In this document: positions 35,480 to 43,862 of the stretch, piece by piece
Layout of the letters: each line of letters opens with the position of its first letter
How positions within the stretch are numbered: position 1 is the stretch's first letter
From: a virus
Taxonomy: Duplodnaviria; Caudoviricetes
Virus record (IMG/VR): IMGVR_UViG_3300042934_001015
Span: 1-52,696 of that record
Reading direction: 5' to 3' (one strand)
Length of the DNA stretch: 52,696 bases
Translations under genes and position numbers: made by a program
Notes under the pieces: generated by a model
Databases searched by the model: none
Told to the model about the DNA's origin: nothing
Seen by the model: the letters and a program-made list of their open reading frames with translations, nothing else

Positions 35480-35995
35480 TTAAGCAATATTCATTTCGAT
35501 TAACCTAATCTTTTCAGCAACTAAAGCTATAAATTCTGAATTTGTTGGTTTCTCAACCATCCTTTGCACTAAATCAGGATGCTTTGATTTATACCAGGCA
35601 TTCTCAATGGCATGTCGGATAGCCCTTTCAACTCTACTCGATGTGTCATTATATTTTTGGGCGATTAAAGGGTATACCACTTTGGTTATGCCATCTAGTA
35701 ATCTTTGATCTGTAATTTCCATTTTGATAGCTTCTTTTAAATACCTGAATCCTTTGAGATGAACAGCGAATTGATAACTAATTAGAAAATCAAATATTAA
35801 ATTATCCAACTCATTTGAATTAGACTTGGTAATAGAATTAACTTCATGAACTGATTGTGGTGTTACAATATCAATCGTTCCAGTTTCCTTTTCTTGTTGA
35901 GTATTGAGCATTTTTTTCATATCGTGGATTTCATTTCGAAGTCCCTTAATTTCCTCACACAACATTCCTAGTTCAACATTAAAGTTATTCATCAA
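35480..35995 (-). CDS. Spo0A C-terminal effector domain protein lacking a receiver domain
   Basis: HLKGFRYLKEAI, ITKVVYPLIAQKY, SRVERAIRHAIENAW, KPTNSEFIALVAEKIRL. Confidence 0.92.
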   Translation of the reverse strand: MMNNFNVELGMLCEEIKGLRNEIHDMKKMLNTQQEKETGTIDIVTPQSVHEVNSITKSNSNELDNLIFDFLISYQFAVHLKGFRYLKEAIKMEITDQRLLDGITKVVYPLIAQKYNDTSSRVERAIRHAIENAWYKSKHPDLVQRMVEKPTNSEFIALVAEKIRLIEMNIA

Positions 35996-36190
35996 TTACA
36001 CCTTCCGTTTCACCGTAGTTTCCAATCTATCTACCTTACCTCCAAGGGTAACAATTACCGTTTCTCCATATTCAGGGAGGTCATGCTCGATTAACTGGCC
36101 ATCTTTTATTAAATAAATTTTCTTGTTATTCATTAGATCGACTTCAGCTGTCATTTTTTCTAGGTTTATATTCACCAGGACCACTCCCAT
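35996..36190 (-). CDS. XtrA/YqaO-like small protein
   Basis: IKDGQL..HDLPEYGETVIVTLGGKVDR. Confidence 0.7.
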   Translation of the reverse strand: MGVVLVNINLEKMTAEVDLMNNKKIYLIKDGQLIEHDLPEYGETVIVTLGGKVDRLETTVKRKV

Positions 36191-36240
36191 GTGCTAATAT
36201 TGAATTGGGTGGGTCGGGAGTAATCCTGGCCTTTTTTTAT

Positions 36241-36651
36241 TTAATCGTCTATATCCATATAGCCCGCTTTTACTAATCCAGTTTCAAAGTTGTGTCTAGC
36301 TATTGTTTCAATATGATTCTCTAAATCTTTTATCCGAATACTAGCTTGTTTGAGCTTTTTTTCTAATTTGAGACACCGATCAACATAAATATGTTTCCTT
36401 TCATATTGATAAACAATTTCTTTTTTTAACTTGGCCTTTATTGCCTTATCTTCAGCAATTCCTTCCGCCGTCGGTAAGAAATCCTTATCTGCCTTTTTTA
36501 TATGGTCCACTAAAGCCTCAATCGTTTCTAGGAAACTCAAACTCTTACAATCCACGCCTAGAACTTTATTAACCTTTTCCAGTACACCAGCGTGTTCGAT
36601 TTGCAATTCAATCATCCTTTCGTATTTTTGGTTAGAACTATGAACTAACAT
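36241..36651 (-). CDS. Hypothetical coiled-coil protein
   Basis: ORF in the early operon, overlapping its neighbour. Confidence 0.65.
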   Translation of the reverse strand: MLVHSSNQKYERMIELQIEHAGVLEKVNKVLGVDCKSLSFLETIEALVDHIKKADKDFLPTAEGIAEDKAIKAKLKKEIVYQYERKHIYVDRCLKLEKKLKQASIRIKDLENHIETIARHNFETGLVKAGYMDIDD

Positions 36652-37079
36652 GTTTCCGATGTTACTATAAATGGCTTACCTTCCCAGTAGGTATTAACGA
36701 TTTCCCGTACAGATATCATTTTAGTTTTTTCTTCTCCATCCCAGACTTCCCTCTCAAAAGGTACAACTTCTATTTCGTCATACTCGTATAATTCATCATT
36801 TAAGCCTGTGAGTTCTTTATACCAATCTAGAGCATCATCAAGTGTATATGCAGCTACTGAATCACATTCACAAACTTTGAATACTAGTACATCCTTTAAT
36901 CCTTTTTCCTCTACAATTTCCAAACAATCAACTGAAAATCCCCCAGTCTTACCTTCGAGCAAAATAACCTTCTGTCCCTGCCCCAATTCCCATGGTTCAC
37001 TTCTTGTTACCCAAACTTTGTCAGGGTTTTTCCTCGCTTCATAACAATTAACCATTTTTACTTTTGTTCCTATTTCCAT
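36645..37079 (-). CDS. Hypothetical protein (two small domains)
   Basis: GAGAGG RBS; early operon. Confidence 0.7.
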   Translation of the reverse strand: MEIGTKVKMVNCYEARKNPDKVWVTRSEPWELGQGQKVILLEGKTGGFSVDCLEIVEEKGLKDVLVFKVCECDSVAAYTLDDALDWYKELTGLNDELYEYDEIEVVPFEREVWDGEEKTKMISVREIVNTYWEGKPFIVTSETC

Positions 37080-37138
37080 GTTTTTTCCTCTCCTTTTCTT
37101 CGAATAAGTCTAACTTCCTACCAATTAGACCATTTAGG

Positions 37139-38071
37139 CTAATTAAGCTTTTCCGTCATCTTATTGATTAGTCCCAAAGTAGCTTTTTTGTACTTTTCTC
37201 GGTCTGCAGGATCCTTTATCTCGGGTAAGGTGCCTAATAGATCACTGAATCCCTTAACCAATGATTCAAAGGAGACTGTAAATTTAATGACCGCCTTATC
37301 TGTTTGTTGCCCAACACGCTGGCGAAGATCCACAAGTTCCTGTTCAATGGCTTCAGGTACTTTTTCAATAACTGCAGGTACCTCAATTGGTTTTTCCTTC
37401 AATTGCCGCTCGAGCTCCTTAATCTTTTTCTGAGATTCTGTTAAGCTTTTCTCTTTGTCTTTTATTTCTTTCTGAAGGTTATCAATCTCCTCGTTATTGC
37501 CTGCAGCTACCGCAAATTCTAAATCTGATTTAAGCTTATCCACTATCAGAACATGGTCATTTGCCTGCGTTTCTAACTTTTGGAATTCCTTGGCTAACTT
37601 TTCACGTGCAGCCTTTTCTTTCTTGGCCAATGCTTCCGCTTCTTTTAATTTTTTCTCTGCATCCTGTTTTTCTTTAATTGCCTGCTGCAGTTCTCGAGTA
37701 GACATACTATCAATATCATTTTCTTTTATAAATCCTTCCCGTTCATCTGCAGGTACTCCCAGGAGAGCAACCGCCTGTGTGTATGATAGATTTCCAAGCG
37801 CTTGGGTTTTTGCTTCGCTTCCAAAGAGAGAAAATTGATCCGCACCATATTGGTCAAATATTTTCATAAGGTTGTTGGCGGTGCTCTTCGAATAATCAAC
37901 TGATTCTTCAAGCCATTTTCCCCATTCTCCGTGAGGGACGAGTGTTTTCGCCTCAACTAGCCTACGGCCAATCTCGATACTATTAACTAGAAACATCTTC
38001 TTGGTTTGCTCTTTGATGCTATTTATCTCGGTAGCTATCATTATTGGAGTTCTTACAATTAAATCACTCAT
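37139..38071 (-). CDS. DUF3102 domain protein (HTH + coiled coil)
   Basis: IEIGRRLVEAK..VPHGEWGKWL..SVDYSKSTANNLM, LSYTQAVALL, MSTRELQQAIK. Confidence 0.85.
   Translation of the reverse strand: MSDLIVRTPIMIATEINSIKEQTKKMFLVNSIEIGRRLVEAKTLVPHGEWGKWLEESVDYSKSTANNLMKIFDQYGADQFSLFGSEAKTQALGNLSYTQAVALLGVPADEREGFIKENDIDSMSTRELQQAIKEKQDAEKKLKEAEALAKKEKAAREKLAKEFQKLETQANDHVLIVDKLKSDLEFAVAAGNNEEIDNLQKEIKDKEKSLTESQKKIKELERQLKEKPIEVPAVIEKVPEAIEQELVDLRQRVGQQTDKAVIKFTVSFESLVKGFSDLLGTLPEIKDPADREKYKKATLGLINKMTEKLN
37792..37806. promoter_or_regulatory. Palindrome TTCCAAGCGCTTGGG (copy 3) within the DUF3102 gene
   Basis: 12-bp core identical to copies 1 and 2. Confidence 0.5.
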
Positions 38072-39672
38072 ACCGCTACACCCTGCCTTTCAACAGATTT
38101 AGATTTCCTTGGTTTTGGTTTCTTTGTAAGTTTGTCTAAGGTAAATGCATCGATAAAGGCTTTAACTTCCTTTGATGGAGAACAGTTTTCACGTCCTCTC
38201 GTTTGAACGATAGAATTGTTTTTTATCTCCATGGTATAGAAGGGCTTGTCCGGCTCATCCACTTTGCGTATAACGAACAAGTTTGTTTCACCTTTGGCAT
38301 ACCTGTTTGCATAGGTACCAACACAATGTTGCAACACCTTACCTTCTTCAATCAGTTCCAAAGAGTCAGCAGCCGGCCTAATCATTATTCCCGCGTATTC
38401 AAAACAGAACCTTGTTAAAGATTTAAGACGCCTTTGAATCTTCTTGTTTAACTCAGAGTCCTCTTTGATTTTCACTTGTTTAATAGTGTTTTGGTGGGCA
38501 TTGTGCAAATTGGATGGGAATAAGACATTTTCTTGATTAAGGTCCATACCTATTCGAACACAATCGGCGATATAATCACACCATGTATGAAGCACTTGAT
38601 ATTTTGCCAAATATCTTTTTTCCTTTGCTTCCTTTTCATATTGTTTATTAATGTAAGAATGGACTCTACTCAATTTTGTGTATTTGAGCACTTTCTGTAG
38701 GTCTTCAAAATACGTGCCATACTGTTGCAATATTTCGTATATTTCTTTGAAAGATAGATTGGATTTATCCTTTTTAGAAATCTGGAATAATCTAAGCGCA
38801 AGAGCACCGATGGCAATATTTGCTGATTTTAATTCTTTCAAATCATTATTGGAGAGTCGTAATACCTTTTGAATCGTTTTACCGTTCCAATTTACAGATC
38901 CATAGGTTTTATTCCCATACAGTTTGCCTTCAACTATCAACCCCATCCCCAATTTGGTCAGATATTCAATACATGGGTATTTAGAGTACAAATCAAAGAA
39001 CTGAACCATATCACCTGCAAGATAACTTTCCCAGGTACTATACTGAAATGGTGTGTTTTTTACCGCTTCCTTGATGCTTTCATAAGAACAATAGGAAGGC
39101 TTATTTGCCATTGAGGAATTAGTCTCGGACCTTACATTTTTCTTGCTATTCCATCCGCTCACATACGCCATTCCTTCAGTGTGAGAAAAGTAAACATAAG
39201 GACGGTGAATCATTCGGCTATTATCTTGTTCGAAAACATATAGTGCTTTTGTTTGAAACATTGTATCAACTGACCGAAAATCAAACCTGTAATCCCTTAT
39301 TGCGTATATTCCTCTGGCTGTTATTGCTTCAGGGTTAGATATCGACTTTTCATAATAGACAAAGTAGACCTCATCAACCATGTATTTTCTGCTAATCCCG
39401 CTAGCCTGTACCCTGCAAATCGAATTACATACAGGGCATGTAGATTCGCTTTTATGTTTTAAATCAAATGTTTCATATTCATTTTCGCAATGAGTACAAT
39501 AACCATACTGTTTCTTCCCCTTTTTCCAAGTGAAGATATAGCGACTGAATTTAAAAGGTTCATCAATTGCATAATCAACAATCCCCTGGCTCATTTCATC
39601 TGAGAAGTGTGAGAAGATTTCTTCTAGTTCAGGATTTGCTTTTTTCATATTGGGCACCTCACAAGAAATCAT
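38068..39672 (-). CDS. PcfJ-like protein
   Basis: N-terminal CxxC pairs; YPCIEYL.KLG; WCDY; EGKVLQHCVGTY; PDKPFYTMEI; QTRG..N. Confidence 0.85.
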   Translation of the reverse strand: MISCEVPNMKKANPELEEIFSHFSDEMSQGIVDYAIDEPFKFSRYIFTWKKGKKQYGYCTHCENEYETFDLKHKSESTCPVCNSICRVQASGISRKYMVDEVYFVYYEKSISNPEAITARGIYAIRDYRFDFRSVDTMFQTKALYVFEQDNSRMIHRPYVYFSHTEGMAYVSGWNSKKNVRSETNSSMANKPSYCSYESIKEAVKNTPFQYSTWESYLAGDMVQFFDLYSKYPCIEYLTKLGMGLIVEGKLYGNKTYGSVNWNGKTIQKVLRLSNNDLKELKSANIAIGALALRLFQISKKDKSNLSFKEIYEILQQYGTYFEDLQKVLKYTKLSRVHSYINKQYEKEAKEKRYLAKYQVLHTWCDYIADCVRIGMDLNQENVLFPSNLHNAHQNTIKQVKIKEDSELNKKIQRRLKSLTRFCFEYAGIMIRPAADSLELIEEGKVLQHCVGTYANRYAKGETNLFVIRKVDEPDKPFYTMEIKNNSIVQTRGRENCSPSKEVKAFIDAFTLDKLTKKPKPRKSKSVERQGVAV

Positions 39673-40015
39673 CCAGTTTCACATCAAAGTCTATCGTTGA
39701 AGGACTCGGTACAGCTGTAGGTGTAGCTGGTTGAGCATCAAACGCCAATGGCTCACCCTTAATACCAAAATACTTGAGGACTACACCATACCCCTCAGCC
39801 GGCGTTAAAATGGCCATATTTCCTACTCTCTTTTTTGACGCCACTTTTTTCATTTCATCCAGGCTTTTTATAATCGTTTTGTCAGCAGTAAGGATTTTCA
39901 TAGCATCCTGTGGTTTTTTTTCCAAATGGCTGACAAGGAACTCCCCGACCACTTGCACATATGGATTCTTTTCTTTGTCTATTTCAGCTTTGATTTTTGC
40001 TATGGCCTCTTGCAT
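39659..40015 (-). CDS. PcfK-like protein
   Basis: KTI..SLDEMKKVASKK..GNMAILT..EGY..VLKYF; directly upstream of pcfJ. Confidence 0.55.
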   Translation of the reverse strand: MQEAIAKIKAEIDKEKNPYVQVVGEFLVSHLEKKPQDAMKILTADKTIIKSLDEMKKVASKKRVGNMAILTPAEGYGVVLKYFGIKGEPLAFDAQPATPTAVPSPSTIDFDVKLDDFL

Positions 40016-40281
40016 AACTCATCCTCCTGTATCTTTATAACTTGATCTCGTAACTCATCATTTTCATTTCGGTACCATTTGATTTGTTGGTGTAACTCTT
40101 TAATTTCTTTTTTGAGACTCCTAACTTCTGAGGAGTGTTTTCTTTCGATTTCATATCTTCTTAGACATTCTCCAATATGGACATATCGACCAAATTTCAA
40201 ATATCCTGTGGGGCTACCCTCATCCTCGTAGACGGGGTAATTGCAGATGGGGCAATCACCGATAATGCACCCGCTGGCCAT
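40000..40281 (-). CDS. Zn-finger/coiled-coil hypothetical protein
   Basis: CPIC...HIGEC; GGAGG RBS. Confidence 0.65.
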   Translation of the reverse strand: MASGCIIGDCPICNYPVYEDEGSPTGYLKFGRYVHIGECLRRYEIERKHSSEVRSLKKEIKELHQQIKWYRNENDELRDQVIKIQEDELCKRP

Positions 40282-40291
40282 AAAAAGCCTC

Positions 40292-40807
40292 CTAAAAATC
40301 GAATAATGATAACTGTTCATAATTTGATAGATTGGGGTCACTTTCCACTAGAATTGGTACGGTTTCTTCAAAATCGATATCAAATTCAGGGACTTCTTGA
40401 TCGATAATGTCTAAATCGTATTCCTGAAAGTCTGAGAACCAGTGAAGAGGGAAACAGCCACCACACCTTTTAAGATTGCTGTCGTGATAAAAGTAACCGT
40501 GAGTCATTTTAGGCTGCACATAGTAGGTTTTTAATTCCGTTGACCTATAGCCAGGCTTCCTCCAAATAAGGTTTGCCTTATAAACTTTCTCTGTATCCAA
40601 TGCATGCGCTACTATTTCTGGTTCCTCTGGCCACAATTCCTTATCAATGACCTGAAAGTATTTTGCTTGGAAGCACCCTTTGTGGGCACTAGCATTTGGT
40701 AATTTTGATACATAAAAATGTTTTGATCCATTAGGGAAGAGATAATAACTTGTCCCTTTTTCAAGTACTGCTGATTGACCAGAATCTACACAAACACCTT
40801 GTAGCAT
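40292..40807 (-). CDS. Hypothetical protein with C-terminal QLSLF motif
   Basis: Two GCF repeats; ends YEQLSLFDF. Confidence 0.7.
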   Translation of the reverse strand: MLQGVCVDSGQSAVLEKGTSYYLFPNGSKHFYVSKLPNASAHKGCFQAKYFQVIDKELWPEEPEIVAHALDTEKVYKANLIWRKPGYRSTELKTYYVQPKMTHGYFYHDSNLKRCGGCFPLHWFSDFQEYDLDIIDQEVPEFDIDFEETVPILVESDPNLSNYEQLSLFDF

Positions 40808-40867
40808 TATCCCACCTGCTCCCAGCCATTTTTAAGTCTGCAGGCTATCTCTTTCTTCCGTAGTGGC

Positions 40868-41347
40868 TCATAAACGACTACTAACTTTCCTCGTTCCTTT
40901 CGGGAGAGGATAACCCAGTGTAGCTGCCTTTTTCTTTGCACTTGGCTTCACCTTCTTCTTTGATTTGGCTTTCAACTTTTTGAGCTTATCTAATTCAATC
41001 CAGCCATGTGTTTCATCTAAGGTGACAACCTTCAAGCTATAATCATAACGGGCTTCAAACATCTTTTTCTTAAGTTTAAATACAGGGGTCTCAACACCTT
41101 TCACATCCACGATTTCAATACTGCCATCAAGGTTATGAATCTCGAAATCTGCTACGTACTCAGTTTTTCGTACAGTTTTCCCATTCTTTTTGTAGGACTC
41201 AAGGAGTAAGAAGCGTGGTTGCAACTTAAAATCCTTTATTTGCTTGGCCTGCTTGAGCCATTTGAGTTGTACGAAATACTTACTTTCTGCGATACTGTCA
41301 AATTTATGGCCATCGATAACGACCTTTTTATTGCCGTACTTACTCAT
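40868..41347 (-). CDS. DUF1064 family PD-(D/E)xK nuclease (resolvase-like)
   Basis: SKYGNKK..DGHKFDS..ES, YVADF, VDVKG. Confidence 0.88.
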   Translation of the reverse strand: MSKYGNKKVVIDGHKFDSIAESKYFVQLKWLKQAKQIKDFKLQPRFLLLESYKKNGKTVRKTEYVADFEIHNLDGSIEIVDVKGVETPVFKLKKKMFEARYDYSLKVVTLDETHGWIELDKLKKLKAKSKKKVKPSAKKKAATLGYPLPKGTRKVSSRL

Positions 41348-41637
41348 TAGTAAGCTTTACCACCATGCATGTAAGACCTGCCTTTGTTGTAATCCATTTT
41401 GTCCCTGATTGCTTTTTCAAGGTCAATTCCACGTGATCCGCATAAATCAAAAACGCGAATACACACATCTGCAAGTTCTTCAGCAAAGTTAGCTTCCCAA
41501 CCTTTTCTATCAGCTTCCAAAGCCTCACTTACCTCGCTGTGAATCAGGGCTAATAATGTTCCTGTTTCGCGTTCGTTATCATGCCACCCCTTTGACATAG
41601 CCGTTTCATATGCTTCTTCGCATAAAGTATTTATCAT
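41347..41637 (-). CDS. MazG-like nucleotide pyrophosphohydrolase
   Basis: LIHSEVSEALEA, EELADVCIRVFD, KMDYN..R...HG. Confidence 0.85.
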   Translation of the reverse strand: MINTLCEEAYETAMSKGWHDNERETGTLLALIHSEVSEALEADRKGWEANFAEELADVCIRVFDLCGSRGIDLEKAIRDKMDYNKGRSYMHGGKAY

Positions 41638-41894
41638 TTAAGACTCCCCTTTCAGTCCTGATTTACGAGCTTTAATTTTGTCTTCTCTAGCAAGATGTAT
41701 AAGAGCAATTAACACCTCGTCAGGGTCACGCTCAAAATGTCTAGCGATAATATCAACACTTGTACCCCTGGTCCACATCGTAGTTAATCTCTTAATTCAG
41801 GTGCATCCCAGACAAAATCCATTTCCTCACAAACGATTACTCTGTTCTTCCTGGCTCTCCTTAGGAGTGCCTTCTTCTTAGCTCCTTGTCCCAT
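41638..41894 (-). pseudogene. HTH-like phage gene with a 1-nt deletion frameshift (or sequencing error)
   Basis: MGQGAKKK...DFVWDAPELR then TAA; the adjacent frame continues LTTMWTRGTSVDIIARHFERDPDEVLIAL...GES*; total length 257 nt (3n-1). Confidence 0.7.
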
Positions 41895-41896
41895 TT

Positions 41897-42139
41897 TCAA
41901 TACCACTCATTATTCGGATTTTCGATATCTACCCACAGTATGGAGGCAATAACCCATTCCTCTTTTAATTCCTCGTAATTAAGGTTGTCGATAGGTTGTC
42001 CTGAGCGAGATAGGGTCACATTCATGTTCTTTAATTCATCTAACACTATTTGTCTTTTAACCTCCAAAGGTGCACTGCGCTTGATTTTCTTACGGTGTTT
42101 GACAGCTTCTAGTAAAAGTCCCATGCCATTCACTTCCAT
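41897..42139 (-). CDS. Small hypothetical protein (FbpA-like)
   Basis: KRQIVLDEL...GQPIDNLNYEELK. Confidence 0.6.
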   Translation of the reverse strand: MEVNGMGLLLEAVKHRKKIKRSAPLEVKRQIVLDELKNMNVTLSRSGQPIDNLNYEELKEEWVIASILWVDIENPNNEWY

Positions 42140-42159
42140 TTCCGTTTTTTAGCCAATTG

Positions 42160-43140
42160 CTACGCATTGAACCGCTTTAATTTTTCTTGTATTTGCCTTC
42201 TTTTTGCTTCCAACTCATCCTGGTCTACGTCCTGCGGCGGAACATAGTCTTGGTTCATATAGTCAGGCACAATCTCTTGTCGGATAGGCTTTTTATACGA
42301 TCCCTTTCTTGCAGGCGGATTTTTTTGAAGTTTAAGAGATTCAAGTTTCTGATAATGTTTGTCAAATATGTATCCAGCACAGTATGACAAGCTATTTATC
42401 CGGTCTCTAGGATGCTTGGGCGTGTATGTGTCAAAGCGGTCTTTAAGGTAAACTAGGGCATTCTCCAATGAAATTCCAGCGGATAGGATTTCTTGTGCAG
42501 CCATTTCATCAGCCGGAGAATGCGTAAATCCATAAGCACGTAATTGAATGAAACGATCGATAAGAATTTTTACTGCGTTTTCCGAAGTTTGTGATATTTC
42601 TCCAGACGGCACTGGATCACCACGTAATGGGTCGGTCGTAGGCACCCCGTCACTTTCTTCGTATGCGTGCGTATCAGTAGCAGCAATATTTAAATCATTC
42701 TTAGGACATTCTTTATCATTCTTGTTTATATCCGCGCACTGTTCCCTGTCTGTTACCTTACTGTTACCCTCAACATTCTTTTGTTGATATAAATCCCAAT
42801 TTGACAAGGATATTAGTGTGTACTGTCTGTTACCCTTGCCACGTTCTATCTTGATCATTGACTGTTTCTCAAGCCATTCTAAAATTGTAGATACTGTTTT
42901 TGGGTTTGGTTCTTTGTATTTCACCCCCTCGTACCAACCGACATTCTTGGCAACCTCTCGAACGGAAGTAAGATGCTGGCCCGCCTTAATGGCCAGGAAT
43001 GTTCCATCTCTCATCGGGATTGTATTATCCTGATGGTTCACCGTGTATTTGAGATATTGCCAAATTCTATGGTAGAGGGGGGGCATCATCCATATGGCGC
43101 TTTCCAGCTCTTTTCTAAAGTCTTTGATGTACCCCTGCAA
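42160..43140 (-). CDS. Replication initiator protein
   Basis: MQGYIKDFRK..ESAIW, GQHLTS, YT.ISLSNWDLYQ; DnaD-like C-terminal half; internal iterons. Confidence 0.85.
   Translation of the reverse strand: MQGYIKDFRKELESAIWMMPPLYHRIWQYLKYTVNHQDNTIPMRDGTFLAIKAGQHLTSVREVAKNVGWYEGVKYKEPNPKTVSTILEWLEKQSMIKIERGKGNRQYTLISLSNWDLYQQKNVEGNSKVTDREQCADINKNDKECPKNDLNIAATDTHAYEESDGVPTTDPLRGDPVPSGEISQTSENAVKILIDRFIQLRAYGFTHSPADEMAAQEILSAGISLENALVYLKDRFDTYTPKHPRDRINSLSYCAGYIFDKHYQKLESLKLQKNPPARKGSYKKPIRQEIVPDYMNQDYVPPQDVDQDELEAKRRQIQEKLKRFNA
42739..42834. repeat. Iterons, putative replication origin
   Basis: CTGTT(A/C)CC at 42739, 42750 and 42761 (11-bp period) and at 42827. Confidence 0.65.
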
Positions 43141-43157
43141 ATGCTTTCCCTCCTTAA

Positions 43158-43862
43158 CTAAGGGACAAATACCAGTTTCCCGGTTAATTCCATAATTTCT
43201 CTTTTAAACTGTTCTGCATTGCTATTGCTATCACTCAAATGCAGCAACCATATTTCTTGAACATTCGAAAGATCATTTGCTTTCAAAAACTCCTTAACAT
43301 TTTCGAGGCTAAAGTGGGACTTTTCTAAACGTTGCTTCATGACCCTCGGTACTTTCCCTTTGACAATGTTCTCAATAAGGATTTCTCTTGAGTAATTGCA
43401 TTCAACCATAATATGAGTTAGACCCGGGAAGCGATACTTAATGTAATAAGTATCAGTGGCAAAAAGGACCTTCTCACCCTCTTGATTGGCTAAGAGAAAA
43501 CCAAGAGGCTCGCTGACATCATGTTTCACGTCAAATGGGAGTATCGTCCATGTGCCAAGTGTAAATTGCTCCTTTGATTTGACTGGATGCGCTCTGTGAT
43601 GCCCATCTAGGTTAAGAGCATTCCAAGTTCCATAGCTTGCATAGACGTCGATACCTGCCTTTAATACGTCTTTTAAGCTTTTACTATGGTCACCATGTTC
43701 GTGCGTTACCAGGCAAGCTGCTATCGATGACATTTGAAAATGAAAGCCTCTCTGTATCTCTTTGTAAGGAAGACCACATTCCAAAAGAAGCGGGGTGCTA
43801 CCGTCTGTCACGCGGTAGCAATTCCCTTTTGAACTCGAGCCCAAAGCCTGTATCTCTATCAC
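43158..43862 (-). CDS. MBL-fold metallo-hydrolase (exonuclease partner of RecT)
   Basis: LGSSSKGN, THEHGDH, HD, ATDT, ECNY, LLHLS. Confidence 0.9.
   Translation of the reverse strand: MIEIQALGSSSKGNCYRVTDGSTPLLLECGLPYKEIQRGFHFQMSSIAACLVTHEHGDHSKSLKDVLKAGIDVYASYGTWNALNLDGHHRAHPVKSKEQFTLGTWTILPFDVKHDVSEPLGFLLANQEGEKVLFATDTYYIKYRFPGLTHIMVECNYSREILIENIVKGKVPRVMKQRLEKSHFSLENVKEFLKANDLSNVQEIWLLHLSDSNSNAEQFKREIMELTGKLVFVP

Noticed and set aside
35055-35995. A single spo0A gene split in two
   Set aside because: The genes are convergent and the receiver matches CheY (FMR, DITMP, MCS.LGQ) rather than the Spo0A receiver.
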